DNA of 64,000 nt, taken from NCBI GenBank assembly GCA_963780785.1, contig CAWADS010000046.1, positions 21,543 through 85,542 of the forward strand. Direction: 5' to 3'. Below the pieces are notes generated by a model. The model ran no database searches. It was not told the DNA's origin and saw only the letters and a program-made list of their open reading frames with translations. A program made the translations under genes and the position numbers. Every line of letters starts with the position of its first letter. Positions within the stretch are counted from its first letter, which is position 1. Below, piece after piece: positions 40,736 through 50,178 of the stretch. This DNA comes from Candidatus Acidiferrales bacterium (lineage in GTDB: Bacteria > Acidobacteriota > Terriglobia > Acidiferrales > UBA7541).

Positions 40736-40902
40736 CGGGATCTCCTTTCGATTGGCGAATTGCGGGAAATGTAACAAAGGGGCGAGGCAATAGCAATGCG
40801 GATTGGGAAACAACGCGAAAGAAACGGGAAAGAGAGAGTTTTTGACGGGGTGAGAAGCGGGGAGATATACTCCGCGATGAGAGGTTGAGAACGGAGAGGC
40901 CC

Positions 40903-41469
40903 GTGGGTGTTATAGACCAAAGGTTTGAGAAGAACGTCCTGATCACGTCGGTGGACTACGTCTTTAATTGGGCGAGAAAGAGTTCGCTGTGGCCGCTGAC
41001 GTTTGGGTTGGCATGCTGCGCCATTGAGATGATTGCGTCGACGACGTCACGGTTTGACATGGCGCGCTTCGGGGCGGAGGTGTTCCGGCCATCACCGCGG
41101 CAGGCGGACTTGATGATTGTGTCGGGAACGGTAACGCTGAAGATGGCGCAGGTGATCCAGCGGGTGTGGCAGCAGATGCCGGACCCCAAGTGGTGCATCT
41201 CGATGGGCGCGTGCTCGAGCGTAGGCGGGCCGTTCAACGCGTATTCGGTGTTGCAGGGAGTGGACCGGATTGTGCCGGTGGATGTGTACGTGGTGGGATG
41301 TCCGCCGCGGCCGGAAGCACTGTTTTACGCGTTGTTGAAGCTGCAAGACAAAATCGATGATATGACTCTGGCGAAGAGGCCCACGGAAGTGCGGCTGCGG
41401 CCGGAGATGGTGGAGGATTTCAAGAAGAGCGTGATGGTGGCGCAGGTGCCGGAGCCGGCTGAGAAGTGA
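40903..41469 (+). CDS. nuoB: NADH-quinone oxidoreductase subunit B
   Basis: [34 protein letters not shown]. Confidence 0.95.
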   Translation: MGVIDQRFEKNVLITSVDYVFNWARKSSLWPLTFGLACCAIEMIASTTSRFDMARFGAEVFRPSPRQADLMIVSGTVTLKMAQVIQRVWQQMPDPKWCISMGACSSVGGPFNAYSVLQGVDRIVPVDVYVVGCPPRPEALFYALLKLQDKIDDMTLAKRPTEVRLRPEMVEDFKKSVMVAQVPEPAEK

Positions 41470-41591
41470 GCGGGGAGACGTTATTGGCGACCAGCGATCC
41501 GTAATCAGCGATCAGGAAGCAAGACCGGAGGATTAGGTACGTTGGCCAGCGGTCAGGGGAGCTTTGAAGAGTAGAGAGGGACGAGGCGGAG

Positions 41592-41894
41592 ATGGGATTC
41601 GTGAGGACGGCAAAGGTGGCGGAGTTACCGGCGGGGACGGTGCGGGAATTCCACGTCGAAGGGAAAGCGATTGCGCTGGCGAATGTCGGCGGAAGGATTT
41701 ATGCGATTAACAATACTTGCCTGCACCGCGGCGGGCCGCTGGGACAAGGAGTGCTGGAGGGCAAGGAACTGACCTGCCCATGGCACGGGTGGCAGTTTGA
41801 CGTGACCAACGGAAAAGCGGTGCAGAATCCAGCAGTCGGCGTGGACTGCTACCGCACGGAAGTTCGCGGAGAAGACATCTTCGTTGAGGTGTAG
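41592..41894 (+). CDS. Small Rieske 2Fe-2S ferredoxin
   Basis: CLHRGGPL...CPWHGWQF. Confidence 0.9.
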   Translation: MGFVRTAKVAELPAGTVREFHVEGKAIALANVGGRIYAINNTCLHRGGPLGQGVLEGKELTCPWHGWQFDVTNGKAVQNPAVGVDCYRTEVRGEDIFVEV

Positions 41895-42101
41895 TGGAGC
41901 AAAAGGGCGTGAGGGGGAGCAAGAAGGCTCCTCGATGGTCCTCCCCAGCTGCTAAATTTAAGAAAATAAAAGAGTTAGCGTCGACATCTTGGCCGAAATT
42001 CCAAGCCATTGGCGTTTTAGGTGTGAAAAATCCCTCTATCCCTCATATTTTGTTTGGTTTTCGCCCTGCACACGTGTATATTTCAGCCGAATCTGGTGCC
42101 G

Positions 42102-42563
42102 ATGGCAACTGTAACTTCGCAGACCCGACAATACTGGATCTTCAGCGCCGACCCGCATCACTATCACTGGGACACGTTATTCGTTAAAGGCAAAGAGATG
42201 TGGCAGGGGGCGGAATCAAAGCCCGATGCGATACGTGCCCTGAAACACGTGAAGAAGGGGGACCGCGTGCTGTGCTACCACTCCACGCCGGAGCGCTCCT
42301 TGTATTCGATCGCGGAGGTTACGCGCGATCCCTATCCCGATCCGCACGATCCCAAGGGGAAAAACCTGGTGGCGGACTTGCGCGCGTACGAGAAGCTGCC
42401 GCGGCCGGTGACGCTGGCGGAAATGCGAGCGAACCCCGCAGTGAGGAAGATGAAGCTGCTGAAGAACGTGCGGCTGCTGATTTCGGCGATCAGTGACGAC
42501 GAGTATCAGGAGTTGTTGAGGATGGCGGGAATCGTGGCCATGCCGGGAGTGCCGCTGCTGTAA
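42102..42563 (+). CDS. EVE domain protein
   Basis: YWIF, W.G, VKKGDRVLCYHS, PYPDP, PVTLAEMR. Confidence 0.8.
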   Translation: MATVTSQTRQYWIFSADPHHYHWDTLFVKGKEMWQGAESKPDAIRALKHVKKGDRVLCYHSTPERSLYSIAEVTRDPYPDPHDPKGKNLVADLRAYEKLPRPVTLAEMRANPAVRKMKLLKNVRLLISAISDDEYQELLRMAGIVAMPGVPLL

Positions 42564-42688
42564 AGCGTCGCGGCGGGGATGCCCACCGAAAAGTGACCTG
42601 TTCCAGAAACATTCAGAGCCCGAGTGCGTCTCCAGGCAAAGCATCGGGTGTGCGGAATTTCAGAAGAAAAGCTGTTCTTCGGGCTGCG

Positions 42689-43471
42689 CTAAAGAGACTT
42701 GGAAAATAGCCAGGTCATGAGCTCGGGATCGGCGTAGGCTTTGTCCCAGGAGTTGTGGCCGACCCCGGGGTACTCGGTGTAGCGAACGTCGGCGCCGGCA
42801 GCCTTGAGGGCTTCGACCATGTGGCGGGATTCGGAGACGGGAACGGCCGGATCCGCATCGCCGTGGAAGACCCAGATGGGGAGCTTCGTGCCGATTTTCT
42901 TTGCGGCTTCGAGATAGGGAATGCGGTCGGAGTCGGGATGTTTGCGGGAGTCATCGGGAGTAAGAATGCCGCCGCAGATGGGGACGACTGCGGCAAACTT
43001 GTGGGGATGATCCGCGGCGAGCGCCCAGCTACCGTAGCCGCCCATGGAAAGACCGGTGAGATAGGTGCGTTTGGGATCGCCTTTGAATTCCTTCGAAGTG
43101 GCGGCGAGAGCGGCAAGCGCGACCTCTTCCATATCCGGCTTATTCCAACTATGTTCCTTCAGGCACTGCGGCATGACAACGAGGGCAGGGAAACGCGAGC
43201 GGTCGTTGCGGATGGCCGTGGCGATGCCGACCTGGGTTTGTATGAGGCCATCGGTGCCGCGTTCGCCGGCGCCGTGAAGGAAGAGGATAATGGGCCACTT
43301 CTGATTGGGGGACCAGTTGTCCGGCACAAAGACCTGATACTTATAGGTGGCGCCACGAACGGCGAGGGTACGGTCCAGGAAACCGGTTTCGTGTTTGCGT
43401 GCGAAAGTGGGAGAGCCAAGAGCAAAAACAAGGGCGAGAAGCAAAAGAAAGCGGAAGCGAGAGATGGGCAC
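42689..43471 (-). CDS. Secreted alpha/beta hydrolase (predicted peptidase/esterase)
   Basis: FLHGAGERG, GLSMGG, FHGDAD, GVGHNSW. Confidence 0.85.
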   Translation of the reverse strand: MPISRFRFLLLLALVFALGSPTFARKHETGFLDRTLAVRGATYKYQVFVPDNWSPNQKWPIILFLHGAGERGTDGLIQTQVGIATAIRNDRSRFPALVVMPQCLKEHSWNKPDMEEVALAALAATSKEFKGDPKRTYLTGLSMGGYGSWALAADHPHKFAAVVPICGGILTPDDSRKHPDSDRIPYLEAAKKIGTKLPIWVFHGDADPAVPVSESRHMVEALKAAGADVRYTEYPGVGHNSWDKAYADPELMTWLFSKSL

Positions 43472-43568
43472 AGGGACCTCCAAACTACGAAATGTATCAC
43501 GATTGAATGGAGAGCGGAGAAAGACAGGCAGATAGCGCGGTGTGATAGTTTAAGTGATCGAGAGGTCG

Positions 43569-44471
43569 ATGCCGGAACTTCCTGAAGTCGAAACCGTGGC
43601 GCGGGGCTTGCAGCGGCAAATCGCGGGCCGGCGAATCTTGAGCATCACGCTGGGGAAGACAGATTTTATTGATAATCCGGAGGAGATTGAAAAAGAATTG
43701 CCGGGACGCGCCATTCACGGCGTGGTGCGGTACGGCAAATTCCTGCTGCTGCGGCTGACGCCGAAGGAAGACGCAGAAGAAACGGACCGCGAATCCGCGC
43801 TGCTGGTCCACCTGGGGATGACCGGCATGTTGAGGCCGCAGCCCACGGGCGAGCCATACGCGAAGCACACGCACGTGGTGGCGCTGCTGGACGATGGGCG
43901 CGAATTGCGGTACACGGACCCGAGGCGATTTGGCAGGATGGCGTATTTTGCGGGCGAATCGTTGCAGGAGGAACTGCGGCGATTCGGCGCGGATCCGCTG
44001 GAAGCGGGGCTCGAGGAATTCACGTCGAAAATTCGTGGAAAGCGCGCGAGAATCAAGGCGCTGCTGCTGGATCAGAGCGTTTTGCGCGGCGTGGGAAACA
44101 TTTACGCGGACGAGAGCTTGTGGAGAGCAAAGATTCACCCGAAGCGATTGGGAACGCGGTTGCGAAAGGAGCAGGTGAAAGAATTGTACCGCGCGCTGCA
44201 AGGCATCCTGGAGCGGGCGATTGTGATGCGGGGATCCTCGATCGCGGACTTTCTTGACGCGGAGGGCCAGCCGGGAGAATATCAGCGGCATCATCGGGCG
44301 TATGGAAGAGAGGGGAAACCTTGCTTCCGCTGCAGGACGCGGATCAAACGCTTGACCGTGGCGGGGCGCAGCAGCTATTTTTGCCCGCAATGCCAAAAGG
44401 CGCCGCGGGGCGGGAAAGAACATGGCAGAGAAACACGAAAGCACGTGGAAGGGCGTCTGAAGAAGAGATGA
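43569..44471 (+). CDS. mutM: Formamidopyrimidine-DNA glycosylase
   Basis: MPELPEVET, HLGMTG, DPRRFG, GVGNIYADE, CFRC...CPQCQ zinc finger. Confidence 0.95.
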   Translation: MPELPEVETVARGLQRQIAGRRILSITLGKTDFIDNPEEIEKELPGRAIHGVVRYGKFLLLRLTPKEDAEETDRESALLVHLGMTGMLRPQPTGEPYAKHTHVVALLDDGRELRYTDPRRFGRMAYFAGESLQEELRRFGADPLEAGLEEFTSKIRGKRARIKALLLDQSVLRGVGNIYADESLWRAKIHPKRLGTRLRKEQVKELYRALQGILERAIVMRGSSIADFLDAEGQPGEYQRHHRAYGREGKPCFRCRTRIKRLTVAGRSSYFCPQCQKAPRGGKEHGRETRKHVEGRLKKR

Positions 44472-44522
44472 GAGCCGGATGCTGCTAAGAGTTTCGCGAA
44501 TGAAAGGTTTGGGAGGATAGGG

Positions 44523-47480
44523 ATGAGGATGAAGCGGAAGACGTTGGTTGTGGCGGGATTGCTGCTGGTGCTGGCCGGGATGAGGGTATGGACGGCTCGG
44601 GCGGCGGGGGACGACGCGAGTTCTTTGGCGGCGACGGACCAGCAGATCCTGAGCGAAATCAGGGATCACAGCGAAGTGATGGACAACCTGGAGTACCTGT
44701 CAGACCGCATCGGCCCGAGGTTGACGGGCACGCCACAACTGAAGCAGGCCAACGATTGGACCGTGGAGATGTTCCAGAAGTACGGGCTGACGAACGTACA
44801 CCTGGAGGCGTACTCGATTCCGCATGCCTGGGTGCGCGGGACAGCGACGGCGCGGATCGTGGCGCCCACGGAGCATCCGCTGACGATCGCCGCCTCGGCA
44901 TGGGCACCGGACACAAAAGGCAGAGTGCACGGTCCGGTGGTGTATTTCGATGCGAAGAAGCCGGAAGATTTCGCGAAATTTAAGGGGAAGCTGAGGGGAG
45001 CGATCGTAATTGCACAGGAACCACGGCCGCTTTCGCCGACGAAACCAATTGACCGGAACGCGGAAGTCTATCACCCCATGGAAGAACCTCCTGCGCCGGT
45101 GGGGCAGCCGATAGGACCCGACCCGTATGAAAAATACCTTGCCAACATCCGCGCGCAGATGAAGTTCCTGGTGGAAGAAGGGGCCGTTGCGGTGCTGCGA
45201 GATTCCAGCAAGCCGCACGGGCTGCTGAATATGACGAGCGGCACCACCGTGCCATTCGAGTTGGGGCCGCTGCCGTCGGCGTTTGTGACCGGGGAAGGCT
45301 ACCGGATGATCTTTCGGATGCTGAAGAAGGGACCGGTGGAGGTAGAGCTGGATATCAAGAACACTTTGAGCAAAAACCCCGTGGAGGTTTACAACACGGT
45401 TGCGGAATTGAAGGGGACAGAGAGGCCGGATGAAGTGGTGATCCTCGGCGGGCACCTGGACTCCTGGGACTTGGGAACGGGCACGACCGACAACGGAACG
45501 GGGTCAATGGTCGTGCTGGAAGCGGCGCGCGCGCTGGCAAAACTCAATTTGAAACCGAAGCGCACGATCCGGTTTGTGTTGTTTACGGGGGAGGAGCAGG
45601 GACTGATCGGATCAAAGGAATACGTGAAGGCGCACAAGAACGAGTTGGACAAAATATCGGCCGCGTTGATTCACGACAGCGGAACGGGGCGGGTGCTGGC
45701 GCTGGGCTTGCATGACAACTACCAGGCGCGGGAAACCGTGGATCAGGAGATTGCGCCGCTGCACGATTTGAAACTGCTGGAAACGACCATGGCGCGGGAA
45801 TACGGCACGGACAGCGCGTCGTTTGACGAGGTGGGAGTGCCGGGATTCTGGTGCGCACAGGACCTGGCGGAATATCCGCGGACACATCATAGCCAGTCGG
45901 ACACATTCGACAAAGCGTGGAAAGACGACCTAATCCAAGGAGCGCAGGTGTTGGCCTCCTGGGCTTACAACACCGCGGAGTTGCCGGGGATGATGTCGCG
46001 GAGGCCCATGCCACCGCCCGCACTGGCAGAAGCGGCGAAAGCCGAAACGCCGAAGGAAGAGGTGGCGAAGACCGATCCCACGACGGAGATGGACAAGAAA
46101 ATCGTGGAGCAGGTGAAAGCAGACAAGGAGCAACTTAAGTCCGACTTGACGTTCCTGACGTCGCAGATCGGGCCGAGACTTACAGGATCGCCGCAATTGG
46201 AGCGGGCGAATCATTGGACGGAGGAACAGTTCCGAGGGCTAGGGCTAGCGAATGTGCACCTGGAACCTTGGAGCATCGCGAACTCGTGGACACGGGGACC
46301 GGCAAGCGGGCGAGTGACGTCGCCAACACTGCACGAATTGACGATGGCGACATTTGGATGGTCGCCAAGCACAAACGGAACGGTGAAAGGTTTTTTGGTC
46401 GCGATTGAAGCGGAAAAACCGGAGGACCTGGAGAAGTACAAGGGAATGCTGGGCGGGAAGATTGTGCTGCTTGGAAAGCCGCGCGAAATGGAGCCGCCCC
46501 TTGACCCGATGCTGACGCCGTGGGGAGAAGGGACACTGCCGCTGATGCACGCGAAACAAGACAAGCCGGTGGATTTCCGGACGTCTATGGCGACGCGGAG
46601 AGCGGCGATTAAGTTGCTTCAGGATGAAAAGGCCCTGGCGCTACTGTTTGGTTCGGAGAAGATGTACGGGCTGCTGAACATGACGACGCTCAGCCGGGAT
46701 TACCAGGCGGGGGCTTTGCCCGCGGCGTTTCTGGCGCGCGAGGACTACTTGCTGCTCTGGCAGTTGCAAGCGGCGGGGCCCGTGGAGATGGAATTGAACA
46801 TCCAAGGCACGTTGAGCGGGAAATCCGTGGAGGTGTACAACACCGTGGCGGAAATCCGCGGAACGGAAAAGCCGGACGAAATGGTGATCCTGGGCGCGCA
46901 TCTGGACTCGTGGGACTTGGGTACGGGAGCGACGGACGACGGCACAGGATCAGCGGCGGTGCTGGAGGCGGCGCGCGCGCTGCAGAAACTAGGAGTGAAG
47001 CCGAAGCGCACGATCCGGTTTGTGTTGTTCACCGGCGAGGAGCAGGGCTTGAACGGCTCACGGGCGTACGTGGCGGCGCACAAGGAGGAACTCCCGAAAG
47101 TTTCCGGGATGCTGGTGCACGACACGGGCACCGGAAAGGTGCTCACGATCGGATTGATGGGAAATTACAGTGTGAGAGAAACGATTGATCGCGTAATGTA
47201 TCCTCTGGCGGAAACCGCGGGCTTAATGGAACCCACACTGCGGAGTGAGGGAGGACAAGACCACGTGCCGTTTGATGAGGCGGGGGTGCCGGGGTTCTGG
47301 TGTGTGCAGGATCCGGCGGACTACGATAAGACGCACCACTCCCAGGCGGATACGCTGGACCGCGTGAGGTGGGATGAATTGACGCAGGGCGCGGAAGTGC
47401 TGGCGGTGTTTGGCTATAACGTGGCGCAATTGCCGGAGTTGCTGCCGAGAAAGCCGGCGAAGCAGGAAGTGAAGAAGTAA
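44523..47480 (+). CDS. Secreted tandem double M28 metallopeptidase (carboxypeptidase Q-like)
   Basis: Signal peptide, then two full modules each with IGPRLTG, HLDSWD, D(N/D)GTG, GEEQG and HHSQ.D. Confidence 0.9.
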   Translation: MRMKRKTLVVAGLLLVLAGMRVWTARAAGDDASSLAATDQQILSEIRDHSEVMDNLEYLSDRIGPRLTGTPQLKQANDWTVEMFQKYGLTNVHLEAYSIPHAWVRGTATARIVAPTEHPLTIAASAWAPDTKGRVHGPVVYFDAKKPEDFAKFKGKLRGAIVIAQEPRPLSPTKPIDRNAEVYHPMEEPPAPVGQPIGPDPYEKYLANIRAQMKFLVEEGAVAVLRDSSKPHGLLNMTSGTTVPFELGPLPSAFVTGEGYRMIFRMLKKGPVEVELDIKNTLSKNPVEVYNTVAELKGTERPDEVVILGGHLDSWDLGTGTTDNGTGSMVVLEAARALAKLNLKPKRTIRFVLFTGEEQGLIGSKEYVKAHKNELDKISAALIHDSGTGRVLALGLHDNYQARETVDQEIAPLHDLKLLETTMAREYGTDSASFDEVGVPGFWCAQDLAEYPRTHHSQSDTFDKAWKDDLIQGAQVLASWAYNTAELPGMMSRRPMPPPALAEAAKAETPKEEVAKTDPTTEMDKKIVEQVKADKEQLKSDLTFLTSQIGPRLTGSPQLERANHWTEEQFRGLGLANVHLEPWSIANSWTRGPASGRVTSPTLHELTMATFGWSPSTNGTVKGFLVAIEAEKPEDLEKYKGMLGGKIVLLGKPREMEPPLDPMLTPWGEGTLPLMHAKQDKPVDFRTSMATRRAAIKLLQDEKALALLFGSEKMYGLLNMTTLSRDYQAGALPAAFLAREDYLLLWQLQAAGPVEMELNIQGTLSGKSVEVYNTVAEIRGTEKPDEMVILGAHLDSWDLGTGATDDGTGSAAVLEAARALQKLGVKPKRTIRFVLFTGEEQGLNGSRAYVAAHKEELPKVSGMLVHDTGTGKVLTIGLMGNYSVRETIDRVMYPLAETAGLMEPTLRSEGGQDHVPFDEAGVPGFWCVQDPADYDKTHHSQADTLDRVRWDELTQGAEVLAVFGYNVAQLPELLPRKPAKQEVKK

Positions 47481-47515
47481 GAGAGATAGATTTGAGGTAG
47501 AAACCTAGCCAACAA

Positions 47516-47540
47516 GGGTGCAGCAGTGCTGCACCCCTAC
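47516..47540 (-). repeat. GTAG-type REP palindrome
   Basis: Reverse complement GTAGGGGTGCAGCACTGCTGCACCC. Confidence 0.7.
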
Positions 47541-47549
47541 GAGAGTAAT

Positions 47550-47999
47550 ATGCGCATGGTGGTGCAGAGGGTAAGCCGGGCGAAGGTGACCATGGAAGGC
47601 CGGGTTACCGGAGAAATTGGCGCGGGGCTGATGATCCTGCTGGGGGTGGGGAAAAAAGACACCTCGGCCGTCGCGGCGGCGATGGCGGAAAAAGCGAGCA
47701 ACTTGCGGATCTTCGAAGACGAGCAGGGAAAGATGAACCGATCGCTGCTGGACGTGAAAGGCGAGGCGTTGGTGGTGTCGCAATTCACGCTTTACGGCGA
47801 CGCGCGGGGACAGCGGCGGCCTAGTTTTATCTCGGCCGCACCGCCGGAGTTAGCCAAGAAATTGTACGAAGAGTTTTGCGAAGCGTTGCGGGGCCTGGGA
47901 GTGAACGTGGGGACGGGCATCTTTCAGGCAATGATGTCGGTGGAGCTGGTGAATGAAGGACCGGTCACAATCCTCATCGATTCAGACAAAGCGTTCTAG
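47550..47999 (+). CDS. dtd: D-aminoacyl-tRNA deacylase
   Basis: [23 protein letters not shown]. Confidence 0.95.
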   Translation: MRMVVQRVSRAKVTMEGRVTGEIGAGLMILLGVGKKDTSAVAAAMAEKASNLRIFEDEQGKMNRSLLDVKGEALVVSQFTLYGDARGQRRPSFISAAPPELAKKLYEEFCEALRGLGVNVGTGIFQAMMSVELVNEGPVTILIDSDKAF

Positions 48000-48042
48000 T
48001 ATCCTAAATCAGAATTATTTTCAAAATATCGCAGCCCATCAT

Positions 48043-48140
48043 GTCATCCCGAGGGCCACGCGCTGCGCAGGGCCTGAGCAACCTGCTTTTGTTTTCAACA
48101 GTCAGGAGAAAAGCAGATTCCTCGCTTCGCTCGGAATGAC
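48043..48140. repeat. GTCAT(T/C)CCGAG...GGAATGAC composite palindrome
   Basis: GTCATCCCGAG...GCAGATTCCTCGCTTCGCTCGGAATGAC; relatives at 29315, 30250-30326 and 49396-49482. Confidence 0.7.
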
Positions 48141-48163
48141 AATTTCTCTTTTTCGGCGAATTT

Positions 48164-48901
48164 ATGAGTCAGGAAACTAGCAGCAACAGGAAGCTGGCCC
48201 GGGTCGGGGTGAAGTGGACTGCCGCAAAGGCCGTAGCGGCATTGAAGCGGCTGGGCGAAAAGAAAAACGTCGCAGGCATGGCGCGGTTCGGCATACGCGC
48301 CAAGAAAGTGTTTGGCGTATCCAAACCCAAGTTGGATGAGCTCACAAAAAAGATCGGCAAGAACCATCCGCTGGGGAAGGAATTGTGGGAAACGGGGATT
48401 CACGACGCGCGGCTTCTGGGTGTTCTGATCTCGGAGCCGGCGAAGGTCAGCGCAAAGCAGATGGACCGCTTGGTGAAGGACTTTGACAACTGGGACGTCT
48501 GCGACGGCAGCTGCTGCCACCTGTTTGTATTTGCGGCCCCGGCCTGGAAGAAGGCGTTCGAGTGGACGCGGAGAAAGAAGGAGTTTGAGAAGCGCGCGGG
48601 ATTCGCCCTGGCGGCATTTTTGGCGGTGCACGACAAAGGCGCGGGAGACGCGATTTACAGGAAGTTCCTGCTGGCGATCGAACGTGAAGCCTGGGACGAA
48701 CGGAATTTCGTGCGCAAGGCGGTGAACTGGGCTTTGCGTTGCATCGGGAAGCGGAACCTGCGGTTGAACCGCGCGGCAATCGCAAGTGCGGAGCGGATTC
48801 GCCGGCAAGACACGCGGGCGGCGCGTTGGATCGCGGCGGATGCCCTGAGGGAACTTCGAAGCGACGCGGTGCAGAGGCGATTGCACCCCAAGACCGCGTG
48901 A
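48164..48901 (+). CDS. DNA alkylation repair protein (AlkD family)
   Basis: FDNWDVCD, DERNFVRKAVNWALR.IGKR, ARWIAADALREL. Confidence 0.88.
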   Translation: MSQETSSNRKLARVGVKWTAAKAVAALKRLGEKKNVAGMARFGIRAKKVFGVSKPKLDELTKKIGKNHPLGKELWETGIHDARLLGVLISEPAKVSAKQMDRLVKDFDNWDVCDGSCCHLFVFAAPAWKKAFEWTRRKKEFEKRAGFALAAFLAVHDKGAGDAIYRKFLLAIEREAWDERNFVRKAVNWALRCIGKRNLRLNRAAIASAERIRRQDTRAARWIAADALRELRSDAVQRRLHPKTA

Positions 48902-48907
48902 AGAACC

Positions 48908-49369
48908 ATGTCGAGGCAAGAGAATACCGTGAAGATCAGGCGGGCCCGCCAAGACGATGCCGCGCGCATCGCGGAGTTGTCCGGCCAGCTCGGCTATCCC
49001 ACCACTGCGCGCGAGATGGCCGTGCGGTTGAAATCGGCGCTGCGGGAGAAAAATGGGGCGTGCTTCGTGGTGGAGACGAGTGCGAATGGAGTGGTGGGTT
49101 GGGCGCACGTGAGCGTGACGCCGTTGTTGGAAGTGGAGCGGCGCGCCGAATTGAATGGGCTGGTGGTGGACGAAAGGGTCCGCAGCCGGGGAGCGGGTTG
49201 GAGCCTGCTGCAGGCAGCGGAAGAGTGGGCGAGGAAGAAGCGCTGCAAGGGGATGTCCGTAAGGTCGAACGTCCTCCGGGAACGCGCGCACGGATTTTAC
49301 GAACGGCACGGCTACGAGCATTACAAAATGCAGAAGGCTTTCCGGAAGAAGCTCCAAGCGGAGCGTTGA
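48908..49369 (+). CDS. GNAT family N-acetyltransferase
   Basis: IRRA, LVVDERVRSRGAG, AHGFYERHGY. Confidence 0.88.
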   Translation: MSRQENTVKIRRARQDDAARIAELSGQLGYPTTAREMAVRLKSALREKNGACFVVETSANGVVGWAHVSVTPLLEVERRAELNGLVVDERVRSRGAGWSLLQAAEEWARKKRCKGMSVRSNVLRERAHGFYERHGYEHYKMQKAFRKKLQAER

Positions 49370-49681
49370 AGTTGCGGAGGCAGTGGCTTGACTCTTCATT
49401 CCGAACGAAGCGAGGAATTTCTTTTCGGCGGAAACCCAAGAGAAGAGGGATTCCTCACTTCGCAGACTCCGTTCGGAATGACGGGATGCTACTTTTCCAG
49501 TAGCCCGTTCAGCGGTGCCCTTCCAAGCCGTCAGGTTCCACACCCTTAGCAACCCGCGATTCTCACCGGCAATACCACACAGAGAATCTCCATAGAAAGC
49601 CCGCCGCCTTACAAGACGAATCTGGGGTCAAGGAGGGTTGCGTTCAGGCCAAGCCAGGGTGAGGGAACGACTGGAAACATA

Positions 49682-49696
49682 TATCGTGATACGATA
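49682..49696. promoter_or_regulatory. Palindromic operator, probably MarR autoregulation
   Basis: TATCGT-GAT-ACGATA ending 10 nt before the MarR start. Confidence 0.6.
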
Positions 49697-49706
49697 GAAT
49701 GAATCC

Positions 49707-50171
49707 ATGGCGGCGAAGATCACAGACGGGGAATACCGGGCGCTGGCGGAGCTGCGCCACCGGATACGGCGATTTTTGCAGGAAGGCGATGCCAAGGCGT
49801 TGCAGGCGGGCCTCGAGCCGCAACAGTACCTTCTGCTGCTGGCGATCCGGGGGATGCCCGAGGGGCAGGAAGCCACGATCCGGCCGCTGGCGGAGCGGCT
49901 TTCACTCCGCCATCACAGCACAGTGGAACTGATCGACCGCATGGAAGCGCGGGGCTACGTGCGGCGGACACGAGACCGGGAAGACCGGCGGCAAGTGCTG
50001 GTGTCGCTGCAACCGCGCGGGGAGAAACTGCTGGAACAAGTGGTGGAGCAGCGCATCATCGAGCTGCGATCGAATGGCCGGGCATTGGTGGAGGCCATTG
50101 ATGCGCTGCTGGAGGGCAAGCGAGCGGGGCGGAAGCGGCGAAGGGCGAAGAAATCAACCAGGCACAATTGA
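49707..50171 (+). CDS. MarR family regulator
   Basis: QQYLLLL, LAERL, HHSTVELIDRM, DRRQVLVSL. Confidence 0.88.
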   Translation: MAAKITDGEYRALAELRHRIRRFLQEGDAKALQAGLEPQQYLLLLAIRGMPEGQEATIRPLAERLSLRHHSTVELIDRMEARGYVRRTRDREDRRQVLVSLQPRGEKLLEQVVEQRIIELRSNGRALVEAIDALLEGKRAGRKRRRAKKSTRHN

Positions 50172-50178
50172 GGGCAAG

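Noticed and set aside
49500-49706. Fluoride riboswitch upstream of MarR-ClC
   Set aside because: No GGCGATGG..TCGCC consensus seen, and the ClC has GHGIP/GAEGP rather than the fluoride-type signature.
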